Shown here: positions 16,701-24,560 of the stretch, in pieces
Numbering within the stretch: the first letter of the stretch is position 1
Layout of the letters: each line of letters begins with the position of its first letter
Origin: an uncultured Syntrophaceae bacterium
GTDB taxonomy: Bacteria > Desulfobacterota > Syntrophia > Syntrophales > UBA2192
Assembly: GCA_964585095.1 (NCBI GenBank)
Contig: CAZPCN010000006.1
Coordinates: 13,160-77,159, forward strand
Length of the DNA stretch: 64,000 nucleotides
Direction: 5' to 3'
Notes under the pieces: generated by a model
The model's database searches: none
The model's input: only the letters and a program-made list of their open reading frames with translations
What the model was told of the DNA's origin: nothing
Made by a program: the position numbers and the translations under genes

Positions 16701-18717
16701 GTGGCACTGCCACATCCTCAGCCACGAAGAGAACGACATGATGCGCTCGATTGCGCTGAAGGTCCCGACGGCGGTACCTGCCGCGCCGTCCAATGTGACC
16801 GCCGGCATTGTGCCGCCGGTCGCGCCGGCCACAGTCGGCAACACGGTCGCCGTCAACTGGTCATCCGGCCTCCCGACGCTGGCGAACCCGGACCCCCCGA
16901 TCGGTTATCGGATCGAGCGTTGCACCGGCGGCGGCTGCTCCAACTTTGCGCCCCTGGCGACGACATTCTTCACGGGTCCCCAGGGCCTGGGAAGCATCAC
17001 CGTCACCGCCGGAGGCACGGGCTACACCTCCGCCCCCACCGTCAGCTTTGTCGGGGGCGGAGAGGGGATCGACGCCGCGGCGACCGCAACGGTCGTCGGC
17101 GGCTCCGTGACGGCCATCACCCTGACCAACGGGGGCTCGCGTTACAATAGCGCTCCCACGGTCGTCCTCACGGGCGGCGGCGGCACGGGAGCCACGGCGG
17201 CGGCTAATTTCGCCTACACCTATGTCGACAACCTGGTTGCGTCGGGAGCGACATACAATTATCGCGTCCTCGCTTACAACCACCTGGGCAATTCTGCGGC
17301 GTCCAATACCGCTTCACAGACGCTGCCCACGTGGTCTGCCGCCACCGGCGTGACCATCACGCCGAACCCGGCGCCTACTCCCCCTCCCCCTGCGCCTCAG
17401 CATTATGCCTACGGCACCCTTGTGAGGTTCACCGTGGCACCGACGGGCACCACGGTCGCCGGCCAGTACCGTTTCTGGCTCAATGACGGCACGACCAACA
17501 CCCTGATGCAGGACTGGAGCAACACGACGACGTGGAACCTGCCCACTACGACACCCGTCGGCAGCTATACGCTGACGGTTGACGTGCGAACCTCCGCAGC
17601 CTCGGCGACAGCGGATGCTTCTTCGACGTTCGTATTCGGAATTGTCCCGGCTCCCGCCATCGGGGCCAGGGTGACCGCAAATGTACCCAGCCCGCACGTG
17701 AACCGGTCCGCCATTACGTTCACCGCGGCCAGCGTGGGCACCACGGTTCCCCAGTATCGATTCAACCTGAATGGGGCTGTCGTGCAGGACTACAGCACGC
17801 TCGCCACGTGGACGATGCCGTTCTCGGCGCCTGCGGGAACCTACTCGATCACGGTAGATGTGCGGACCAACACGTTGTCGGCGACACCCGACGTGACCTC
17901 CGCACCCTTAACCTACGTACTGAATAACGCGCACGATTTCAACGGCGACGGACTGCCCGACCTGCTCATGCAGCATCTGCCGACAGGCACGCACGGCGTC
18001 TGGTACATGAACGGAGCCGCCATGACGAGCGCCCTCCTGCTCAACCCGGGCACGACGGGCGACCCCAACTGGCAGATCGCCGGCGTCGGCGATTTCAACG
18101 GCGATAATCAGCCGGACATCGTGATGGGCAACCGGGCGACCGGGGACATCGGCGTCTGGTACATGAACGGGGCCGCCATGACGAGCGCCGTCCTGTTCAC
18201 GCCCGGCACGACGGGCGACCCCAACTGGCAGATCGTCGGTGTCGGCGATTTCAACGGCGATGCGCGGCCGGACCTCGTCATGGCCAACCGGGCGACGGGG
18301 CAGCATGGCGTCTGGTACATGAACGGGGCCGCCATGACGAGCGCCGTCCTGTTCACGCCCGGCACGACGGGCGACCCCAACTGGCAGATCGTCGGTGTCG
18401 GCGATTTCAACGGCGATGCGCGGCCGGACCTCGTCATGGCCAACCGGGCGACGGGGCAGCATGGCGTCTGGTACATGAACGGGGCCGCCATGACGAGCGC
18501 CGTCCTGTTCACGCCCGATTCAACGGGTAATCCCGACTGGAAGATCGTCGGTGTTACCGATTTCAACGGTGATGGTCAACCGGATCTCGTCTTTGCCAAC
18601 CAGGCGACCGGGCAGCACGGCGTCTGGTACATGAACGGGACCACCAGGACGAGCGCCACCCTGTTCACGCCCGGCTCAACGGGTGACCCCAATTGGAAGA
18701 TTGTGGGCATCAAGTAA
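13711..18717 (+). CDS. Giant secreted multicopper oxidase fused to GYTSAPTV repeat modules, Fn3/Ig-like domains and a C-terminal FG-GAP/VCBS repeat array
   Basis: The ATG at 13711 follows GAGGAGGAG and opens the Sec signal MHRKCIRILMCFFIVALALAALPWEVDPVHA. Copper-ligand motifs HLHG (~14351), HDHAWG (~14539), HPIHFH (~16387) and HCHILSHEENDM (~16705). C-terminal DFNGDxxPD...GVWYMNG repeats. The ORF-track start at 13459 was rejected. Confidence 0.9.
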   Translation: MHRKCIRILMCFFIVALALAALPWEVDPVHARPVTGPGTTPDYYETPNWANSPPLRKFVDTLAPLGCAAANNLGQCIPVAIPNTTAFPGSDYYEIELVEYRERMHSDLPALNNANKMLATAGGTKLRGYRQTNTTDPNLLTPHYLGPLIIAQKDRPVRIKFTNSLPTGAGGYLFLPVDTSIMGSGNFEINYDPVTKEPGPTVTGTFTENRATLHLHGGRTPWISDGTPHQWITPAGETTPYPRGVSVMNVPDMPDPGAGSQTFYWTNAQSARLMFFHDHAWGITRLNVYAGEAAGYLIQDPTELSLISAGTLPATQIPLIIQDKTFVDGDPFSPTYVRTTDPTWNWGTGPLNASGARTPVTGDLWWPHVYMPAQNPYNPDGSGMNPFGRWHYGPWFFPATPVCGSSPDAIPPFCVAQGPVANPYYDPSCNPAVAGFCQPPQIPGTPDVSWGAEAFLDTMMVNGTVYPTLTVQPQQYRFRILNAAHDRFLNLQFYRTSPIVSGITVTAGGTGYTSAPTVTITGDGTGATATATVDLTPGSPTLGQVTAVTLDTVGSGYTVAPAVTFAGGGGTGAAATAAVYTALTEVGMVPAKLTSGFPEQWPADGREGGVPDPARRGPAFIQIGTEGGFLPAPVVLPNQPVKWNTDPTTFNVGNVLTQAEGGGTLFLGPAERADVIVDFSQYAGQTLILYNDAPTAFPALVPQYDYYTGAPDRTDIGGIAAVPPGMGPNVRTIMQITVAGAGGAAPPDAYNPATLTALQTAFAGGATPGVFQSSQDQIIVGQTGYNSAYNTTFPSTWPNWGVSRISDGAISFQMVDGTIVSDMPMRPKAIQDEMGETFDDYGRMSAKLGLEAPFTNAAIANFILQNYVDPATEIVRPGEIQIWRITHNGVDTHPIHFHLFDVQLLNRVGWDGAIRWPDPNELGWKDTVRISPLEDTIVALRPILPPVPFALPESVRPLNPSTPLGSDMGFSQIDTKTGGDLVPPQTNVMANFGWEYVWHCHILSHEENDMMRSIALKVPTAVPAAPSNVTAGIVPPVAPATVGNTVAVNWSSGLPTLANPDPPIGYRIERCTGGGCSNFAPLATTFFTGPQGLGSITVTAGGTGYTSAPTVSFVGGGEGIDAAATATVVGGSVTAITLTNGGSRYNSAPTVVLTGGGGTGATAAANFAYTYVDNLVASGATYNYRVLAYNHLGNSAASNTASQTLPTWSAATGVTITPNPAPTPPPPAPQHYAYGTLVRFTVAPTGTTVAGQYRFWLNDGTTNTLMQDWSNTTTWNLPTTTPVGSYTLTVDVRTSAASATADASSTFVFGIVPAPAIGARVTANVPSPHVNRSAITFTAASVGTTVPQYRFNLNGAVVQDYSTLATWTMPFSAPAGTYSITVDVRTNTLSATPDVTSAPLTYVLNNAHDFNGDGLPDLLMQHLPTGTHGVWYMNGAAMTSALLLNPGTTGDPNWQIAGVGDFNGDNQPDIVMGNRATGDIGVWYMNGAAMTSAVLFTPGTTGDPNWQIVGVGDFNGDARPDLVMANRATGQHGVWYMNGAAMTSAVLFTPGTTGDPNWQIVGVGDFNGDARPDLVMANRATGQHGVWYMNGAAMTSAVLFTPDSTGNPDWKIVGVTDFNGDGQPDLVFANQATGQHGVWYMNGTTRTSATLFTPGSTGDPNWKIVGIK
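17935..18714 (+). repeat. Five in-frame tandem 156-bp (52-codon) FG-GAP/VCBS-type coding repeats that end exactly at the last codon
   Basis: The unit DFNGD(x)3D(L/I)V..N..TG..GVWYMNGAAMTSA.LF.PG.TGDPNW.I.GV. occurs five times. The stretch 18151-18516 is a perfect direct repeat at the DNA level, about 2.3 units with a 156-nt period. Confidence 0.9.
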
Positions 18718-18734
18718 GGATGGAACAAGAAAGG

Positions 18735-18768
18735 CAGGCCCGATTGCCCGCAACGGCAATCGGGCCTG
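18735..18768 (+). terminator. Putative intrinsic terminator after the MCO gene
   Basis: Perfect 14-bp stem CAGGCCCGATTGCC / GGCAATCGGGCCTG with a 6-nt loop, starting 18 nt after the stop. The trailing tract CTCGCTCTTGCC is only moderately U-rich. Confidence 0.55.
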
Positions 18769-18980
18769 CTCGCTCTTGCCGGACGCAAGACGTCCCGGAT
18801 GCAGCACGGCCGCTCGATTTTGATGGCAGCCGGCGCGCGTTCCGCAGGGTACGTCAACGACTGGATGGATAGGGTCTTTGCGCCCTCCGGGAACTTTTTT
18901 CTCTTTTTCCCCGGGCAGAAACGGGATGCGTCGAGGGATGGAGGGAGTTCGGTGGAACGGGCGAACAGCCAGGAAAGGGA

Positions 18981-19676
18981 ATGGGAATGAAACATCATTA
19001 TTATGCCTCGGTGCTCGGCATCCTCTTCCTGTCCGCGGCCTGTTTTGCCGCCGAGACGCCGGATTTAAAAGATCAAACGAATAAGGAGAGCTACAGTTTG
19101 GGGTACCAGTTTGGGCAGAGCCTGAAGCAGCAGGGGTTGTCCATCAACCTCGGGGCCTATACCGCCGGAGTCCAAGATTCCCTCAGCGGGACGACGCCGC
19201 AGCTCAGCCAGGAGGAAGTGAATAAAACCGTTTCGGACGTCCAGTCGAGGGTCATGGCCGCCCGTCAGAAGGAATGGCGGGCACGAGCCGAAAAAAACCG
19301 CTCCGACGGCAAGGCCTACCTGGACGCGAACGGGAAGAAGGAAGGAGTGAAGACCCTGCCCAGCGGCCTGCAGTACAAGGTCCTGGCGGAGGGAAAAGGG
19401 AAGACGCCAAAAGCCACCGACGAAGCGACGGTCCACTACCGGGGCGCCTTCATCGACGGCACCGAGATCGACAATTCCTACAAGAAAGGCAACCCCTTGA
19501 CGATGAAGGTCAATGGCGTCATCCGCGGGTGGTCTGAGGCGCTTCAGCTCATGAAGGAAGGCTCCACGTGGCAGCTTTTCATTCCACCCGATCTGGCTTA
19601 CGGGGAGCGGGGCACGAACCGCATCCCGCCGAACAGCACCCTTGTCTTTGACATCGAACTGATCTCCGTCAAGTAG
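18981..19676 (+). CDS. fkpA: Periplasmic FKBP-type peptidyl-prolyl isomerase (FkpA/Mip-like)
   Basis: Signal peptide, N-terminal dimerisation helix region, and a C-terminal FKBP domain VHYRGAFIDGTEIDNSY...VIRGWSEALQLMKEGSTWQLFIPPDLAYGERG...IPPNSTLVFDIELISV. Confidence 0.85.
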   Translation: MGMKHHYYASVLGILFLSAACFAAETPDLKDQTNKESYSLGYQFGQSLKQQGLSINLGAYTAGVQDSLSGTTPQLSQEEVNKTVSDVQSRVMAARQKEWRARAEKNRSDGKAYLDANGKKEGVKTLPSGLQYKVLAEGKGKTPKATDEATVHYRGAFIDGTEIDNSYKKGNPLTMKVNGVIRGWSEALQLMKEGSTWQLFIPPDLAYGERGTNRIPPNSTLVFDIELISVK

Positions 19677-19709
19677 ACGTCAAGGGGCCGAGAACAGGGA
19701 GAGGAGAGC

Positions 19710-20417
19710 ATGAGACACAACCCGGTTCCCTTCGCGCCAGGGGGATGCCGCGCCGCGGCGCTCATCACGCTCGGCCTGGCAGTCGTCTTCCTCCTGTTCC
19801 CGGGTACCGCCGGTGCCGACGTCTATCGCTACGTCGACAAGCAGGGCACGATCCATTTCACCAACGTCCCCGACAGCCGCAAATTCAAACTATGGATCCG
19901 TGAAAGCAGGGTGCTCTTCAATCCCGGCCTGGGGAATATGAAATACGACGCCCTCATCGCGGCTGCCGCCGAGCGTCACGGGGTTGACTATGCCCTGATC
20001 AAGGCCATTATCAAGGCCGAGTCCAACTTCGACCACAGGGCCGTCTCTCCCAAGGGCGCCCAGGGCCTTATGCAGCTCATGCCGCAGACCGCCTCGAACC
20101 TCCAGGTCAGGGACAGCTTCGAACCCGGGGACAACATCGAGGGCGGCGTGCGGTATCTGCGATACCTGATCCAGGTCTACGACGGTCACCTGCCCCTGGC
20201 GCTCGCGGCGTACAACGCCGGTGAAGGGGCCGTTGCCAGGCACCGCGGCATTCCCCCCTTTCCCGAGACCCGCAGCTATGTGCGCCGTGTCCTCGATCAC
20301 TACGACCGCTACAGGAAGGCATCCAACCCGTCGGCCGTAGCCCCCGCCGCCGGGTTCCCTGAGCAAGTCAGGCTAGACGAGACTCTCGCCCGCGACCCCG
20401 GCAGCACAGCCCGTTAG
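19710..20417 (+). CDS. Lytic transglycosylase (SLT domain) with N-terminal DUF4124-like segment
   Basis: Signal peptide. YRYVDKQGTIHFTNVP is DUF4124-like. SLT motifs AESNFDHRAVSPKGAQGLMQLMPQTA and AYNAGEGAV. Confidence 0.85.
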   Translation: MRHNPVPFAPGGCRAAALITLGLAVVFLLFPGTAGADVYRYVDKQGTIHFTNVPDSRKFKLWIRESRVLFNPGLGNMKYDALIAAAAERHGVDYALIKAIIKAESNFDHRAVSPKGAQGLMQLMPQTASNLQVRDSFEPGDNIEGGVRYLRYLIQVYDGHLPLALAAYNAGEGAVARHRGIPPFPETRSYVRRVLDHYDRYRKASNPSAVAPAAGFPEQVRLDETLARDPGSTAR

Positions 20418-20825
20418 AGTAGCGGAACGCCCCCGGCCGCCTCCACGACTGCACATCCCCAAACGATGCATGCGATCCGCGAGCACAGTGTCTGCTGGTG
20501 CAGTACGGCACGGCGGAAAACCCTTGCGTGCATCGGCGTCCTCATGGCCCGATCAACCGACTGAACGTGTGTACAAGGTCTCGACGGGCCCGGGGGGGCA
20601 GGCCTAATCCTTTCTCTTAGAAGGGATCGGGCTTTTTAGTACCGGTCATTAAGGTTTGACCGGATAGAATAATACTGAGTTTTTTCAGTAAAAGGTAGGT
20701 GAACGGCAAGGAAAACGCTCTGCTCATCCCGAACGGGTTTCCCGTTCCCGCGTTGCCCGAGTGCCGGGAATCCATCGATCCCATGGTTCTCCGGTTTTGC
20801 AGGCAACGCGGATCCGGCGCAGGAG

Positions 20826-22355
20826 ATGATTGTGGCCCGTGACATCGCCTACATCGAACCGGAAGACTTCCCGAAGGTGCCCTTCATGCTCGACGGGATT
20901 TCATCGAGGTTTATCCGGGAGAAACGAATTATCCCGATCGAACGGAAGGACAACATCCTGAAGGTGCTCATGGCGAACCCCGGGGATGGGGCGACCATTG
21001 ACGCCCTCCGGGTGGCTGCGTCATGCGATGTGGTGGTTTACGGCAGCGACCCCCGGATGATCGACGAGTACCTTTCGAAGCTCTATGCGCAGGAACCCCA
21101 GGACATCAACCGGATCATCGAAACCATGGATGACAAGGGCGCCGTGTTCAACCAGGAAGACACCGATGACGTGGGACACCTCAAGGACCTGGCATCGGAG
21201 GCGCCGATCATCCGGGTTGTCAATCTTTTGATCACACAGGCCGTTGAGACCCGGGCCAGCGACATCCACATCGAGCCCTACGAAGACGAAGTAAAGATCC
21301 GGTACCGGATCGACGGGGTTCTGCACGACATCGAATCCGCCCCCAAGAGGCTCCAGGCGGCGATCGTATCCAGGATCAAGATCATGGCAAAGCTCAACAT
21401 CGCCGAGCGGCGCCTCCCCCAGGACGGCCGGATCGGACTGATGGCCGGCAAGCGGGAGATCGATCTCCGGGTGTCCACCATCCCCGTTCTGTTCGGGGAA
21501 AGCATCGTCATGCGGATCCTGGACAGGGAAAGCATCGTCATCGATCTGGATGTCCTGGGCTTTTCCCCGCAGACGCTGACCTCCTTCCGCCAGCTCATCC
21601 ACAAGCCCTACGGCATCCTGCTGGTCACGGGCCCGACGGGAAGCGGCAAGACAACGACTCTGTACGGCGCCCTGGACAAAATCAACTCGCCCGACAAAAA
21701 GATCATCACCGTCGAGGATCCCGTGGAATACCAGATCAAGGGCATCAACCAGATCCAGGTCAAGACGCAGATCGGCCTCAATTTCGCCAACACGCTCCGG
21801 CACATCGTCCGGCAGGACCCGGATGTCATCATGATCGGCGAGATCCGGGATCTCGAAACGGCCGAGATCGCCATCCAGTCGGCACTCACAGGGCACCTGG
21901 TCTTTTCGACGCTCCACACCAACGACGCTCCGAGTGCGCTCACCAGACTCATGGACCTGGGCGTTGAAAATTTCCTCCTTTCCTCGACGATCCGGGGGAT
22001 CCTGGCGCAGAGGCTGGTCAGGAAGATCTGTCCCGATTGCAGGGTTCTCGACACATCGGCGGCAAACCGGGAGGAGCTTCGCGCCTGCGCCATCGAAGCC
22101 GACGTTCCCCTGTACCGCGGCACGGGTTGCGAGAAATGCGCCCAGACGGGATATCACGGAAGAAGCGGGATCTTCGAGCTTCTGGTCGTGGAGGACGATC
22201 TCCGCAGGCTGGTCCTGCGGAATGCCGATGCAAATGAAATCCGGGAGACGGCGAGGACGCACGGAATGAAGACCCTCCTCGAGGACGGGGCCGAAAAAGT
22301 GAAGTCCGGCATCACCACGCTGAGCGAAGTGTTCCGGGTCACCCAGGAGGTATAA
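20826..22355 (+). CDS. gspE: Type II secretion system ATPase GspE
   Basis: GspE N-terminal domain, Walker A GPTGSGKTT, Asp/His boxes and the tetracysteine motif CPDC...CEKC. The start could instead be the GTG at 20832, which has better spacing to the AGGAG at 20821-20825. Confidence 0.9.
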   Translation: MIVARDIAYIEPEDFPKVPFMLDGISSRFIREKRIIPIERKDNILKVLMANPGDGATIDALRVAASCDVVVYGSDPRMIDEYLSKLYAQEPQDINRIIETMDDKGAVFNQEDTDDVGHLKDLASEAPIIRVVNLLITQAVETRASDIHIEPYEDEVKIRYRIDGVLHDIESAPKRLQAAIVSRIKIMAKLNIAERRLPQDGRIGLMAGKREIDLRVSTIPVLFGESIVMRILDRESIVIDLDVLGFSPQTLTSFRQLIHKPYGILLVTGPTGSGKTTTLYGALDKINSPDKKIITVEDPVEYQIKGINQIQVKTQIGLNFANTLRHIVRQDPDVIMIGEIRDLETAEIAIQSALTGHLVFSTLHTNDAPSALTRLMDLGVENFLLSSTIRGILAQRLVRKICPDCRVLDTSAANREELRACAIEADVPLYRGTGCEKCAQTGYHGRSGIFELLVVEDDLRRLVLRNADANEIRETARTHGMKTLLEDGAEKVKSGITTLSEVFRVTQEV

Positions 22356-23549
22356 ATGCCCGTCTATTCTTACCGATCTTCCACGATGGACGGGACGATC
22401 GTCGAGGGGGCCGTCGAGGCGGCAGACGAAAAGTCAGCCATCGAAAAGATCAGGGAAACAGGCGCGATCCCCCTGAAGGTGACAATCCCGAAGGAGGGGA
22501 TGAAATGGCGCATCCGCCTGAAGACGTCGACCGGGGATTTGCTGACATTCACCTCGGAGCTGTCGGTCCTTCTCGGCGCGGGGCTCCCTCTGGACCGAAG
22601 CCTCAACATCCTGTCGGAGATTTCGGAAAATCGTCAGATGAAAGGCGTCGTCCGGTCCATCGTGGAGTCTATCCGGGAAGGGGTCTCTTTTTCCGAGGCG
22701 ATCCAGCGGCATCCGGATACTTTTCCGAGATTCTACGTGAACATGATCCGGGCCGGCGAGGCCGGGGGCGTTCTGGATGTCGTGTTGGACAAGCTGAACG
22801 AGTTTCTCGAATCGACAAAAGAACTGAAGGACCATGTGGTCTCCGCCATGATCTATCCCGCTATCCTGATTTGCACCGGCGGGCTTTCGGTTCTCATCCT
22901 TCTGACCTTCGTGCTCCCGAAGTTTTCCGTCATTTTCGCTGAGCTCGGCAGTTCGCTGCCCCTCCCGACACAGATGTTGCTGAGCTTCAGCCATGCCCTG
23001 CAGATGACATGGTGGATCCTCGTGCTCCTGCTGGCCGCCCTGGGCATGTATCTGAGGAGCTACATCCGTACCGACAGGGGGAGATACCGGTGGAATGCCT
23101 TCCAGCTGAGGCTGATGGGCGACGTGATCCGGAAACTCGAGACGGCTCGCTTCTGCAGGACCCTGGGAACGCTGCTGAAAAGCGGGGTCCCCCTCCTTCA
23201 GTCGCTGAACAACGCAAAAGACGTCATCGGCAACCAAGCCGTCGCCCTCCCCATCGAAACGGTCCTCAAGGGCGCCAAAGAGGGGAAGGGGATATCGGCG
23301 CCCCTGTCCTCCGCGAATGTTTTTCCGCCCCTGGCCCTTTCGATGATCCGCGTCGGAGAGGAGACAGGGCAGCTCGACGCGATGCTGCTGAAAGTCGCAA
23401 CGGCTTACGAGAAAAGCCTGAAGGAAGCCGTAAGGCGGTTTGTCAGCTTTCTGGAACCCGTTGTGATCCTGGCCATGGGTCTCGTCATCGGCTTCATCAT
23501 CGTATCCATGCTCATGGCCATATTCAGCATCACGGATCTGCCGTTCTGA
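22356..23549 (+). CDS. gspF: Type II secretion system inner-membrane platform protein GspF
   Basis: GGAGG RBS. Duplicated T2SSF-type cytoplasmic domains with three TM segments. The gene begins immediately after the gspE stop. Confidence 0.9.
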   Translation: MPVYSYRSSTMDGTIVEGAVEAADEKSAIEKIRETGAIPLKVTIPKEGMKWRIRLKTSTGDLLTFTSELSVLLGAGLPLDRSLNILSEISENRQMKGVVRSIVESIREGVSFSEAIQRHPDTFPRFYVNMIRAGEAGGVLDVVLDKLNEFLESTKELKDHVVSAMIYPAILICTGGLSVLILLTFVLPKFSVIFAELGSSLPLPTQMLLSFSHALQMTWWILVLLLAALGMYLRSYIRTDRGRYRWNAFQLRLMGDVIRKLETARFCRTLGTLLKSGVPLLQSLNNAKDVIGNQAVALPIETVLKGAKEGKGISAPLSSANVFPPLALSMIRVGEETGQLDAMLLKVATAYEKSLKEAVRRFVSFLEPVVILAMGLVIGFIIVSMLMAIFSITDLPF

Positions 23550-23593
23550 TGCCGGGACAGGATGCCCGGCGAATACCGGTTCGAGAGGCAGGC

Positions 23594-24088
23594 ATGCGAC
23601 AGAGGATCTCGGCGCGAAGCGCGGCAGGGGGGTCGGGAATGAGCGGGAACCGCGGGCAAGGCGGGTTCACGCTCCTGGAGCTCCTCCTCGTTCTGCTGCT
23701 GATCGGGCTCATCCTGGGCTTCTCCACGTTCATCGTCCTGGGCACAACCCTGCCGTCGGCGCGGTTCAGTGCGACGGTCCGGGACCTCTCGGCGACGATT
23801 CGCGAGGCCCGTACGCTGGCACGCATCAGCGGGGACAGTCAGGTCGTGAGTCTGGATCTCGACGCCGGGACGTTCGGGATTGAAGGCCGCAAGACCAGAG
23901 CGATCTCCCGGGATACGGGTGTCCTGATCCGGGACCCCTTTGCAGGAGAGATCCGCAACGGACAATACCGGATCGTCGTCCATGCCTCGGGGGCGGCCGG
24001 GAGCGGAATGATCGTTTTGTGGAGCGGCAAGAAGACCGCGAGCATCCAGACAGACCCGATCGTCGGTGCAGTGACCATTAAACCGTAG
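23594..24088 (+). CDS. gspH: Minor pseudopilin, GspH-like
   Basis: Prepilin motif G|GFTLLELLLVLLLIGL with Glu+5. The size and position after gspF fit GspH. An alternative start is the ATG at 23639. It was extracted from the C-terminal part of the 23009..24088 ORF. Confidence 0.65.
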   Translation: MRQRISARSAAGGSGMSGNRGQGGFTLLELLLVLLLIGLILGFSTFIVLGTTLPSARFSATVRDLSATIREARTLARISGDSQVVSLDLDAGTFGIEGRKTRAISRDTGVLIRDPFAGEIRNGQYRIVVHASGAAGSGMIVLWSGKKTASIQTDPIVGAVTIKP

Positions 24089-24117
24089 AGACGGTTCGGG
24101 AGAGCGGGAGAAAACGA

Positions 24118-24540
24118 ATGGTGGGGACGAGGAAGACCAGATTCGTGTTCGAGCGGGGCTTTCGGGAACCGGGCGGGTTCACTCTTCTCGAAGTCCTCGT
24201 CTCGCTTGCCGTGCTCGGCATCGCCCTGACCGTGGTTTTGCAGATCTTCTCCGCGGATCTGAGAAATATTGCCTCCGCGGAAGACACCGTCTACGCATCG
24301 GCAAAGGCAGCGGCAAGGATGAGGGAAATCCTCGATCGCGACGAACTCTCCGAGACCGCATGGTCGGAGACGACGCCGGACGGCTACAGTATGGACATCG
24401 CGGTCAGCGAAACGCTGAATGGCCGGACGGGCAATTTGCCGGTCAAGCTCTTGCAGATCGATCTGACCATTCACTGGCGGAGAGGCACGCGGGACAAGTC
24501 GCTGACCGTCAGAACGATCAAGACGGTGGAACGGTCCTGA
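24118..24540 (+). CDS. gspI: Minor pseudopilin, GspI-like
   Basis: Prepilin motif PG|GFTLLEVLVSLAVLGIAL. 140 aa, in the usual H-I-J-K order. Confidence 0.65.
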   Translation: MVGTRKTRFVFERGFREPGGFTLLEVLVSLAVLGIALTVVLQIFSADLRNIASAEDTVYASAKAAARMREILDRDELSETAWSETTPDGYSMDIAVSETLNGRTGNLPVKLLQIDLTIHWRRGTRDKSLTVRTIKTVERS

Positions 24541-24560
24541 TCTCGAAAGATACGAGGGTC

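Noticed and set aside
13630-16725. Minus-strand ORFs 13630..14883 (417 aa) and 14923..16725 (600 aa)
   Set aside because: They lie antisense to the MCO catalytic region, which carries all copper-ligand motifs. Composition is typical of shadow ORFs.
17908-18566. Repetitive minus-strand ORFs (17908..18462, 18108..18566); I also asked whether the 156-bp repeats could be a CRISPR array or a mobile repeat
   Set aside because: The repeats are contiguous with no unique spacers, lie in frame within the MCO gene, and encode FG-GAP units. The minus-strand ORFs simply mirror that periodicity.
20640-20700. AT-rich patch upstream of gspE containing TTGACC and TAGAAT, considered as a sigma70 promoter; a TGG...TTGCA sequence near 20785 was considered as a sigma54 promoter
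   Set aside because: The spacing does not fit either model. TTGACC and TAGAAT are only 3 nt apart, and the GG-to-GC distance is 14 nt rather than 12. I could not support a specific promoter call.
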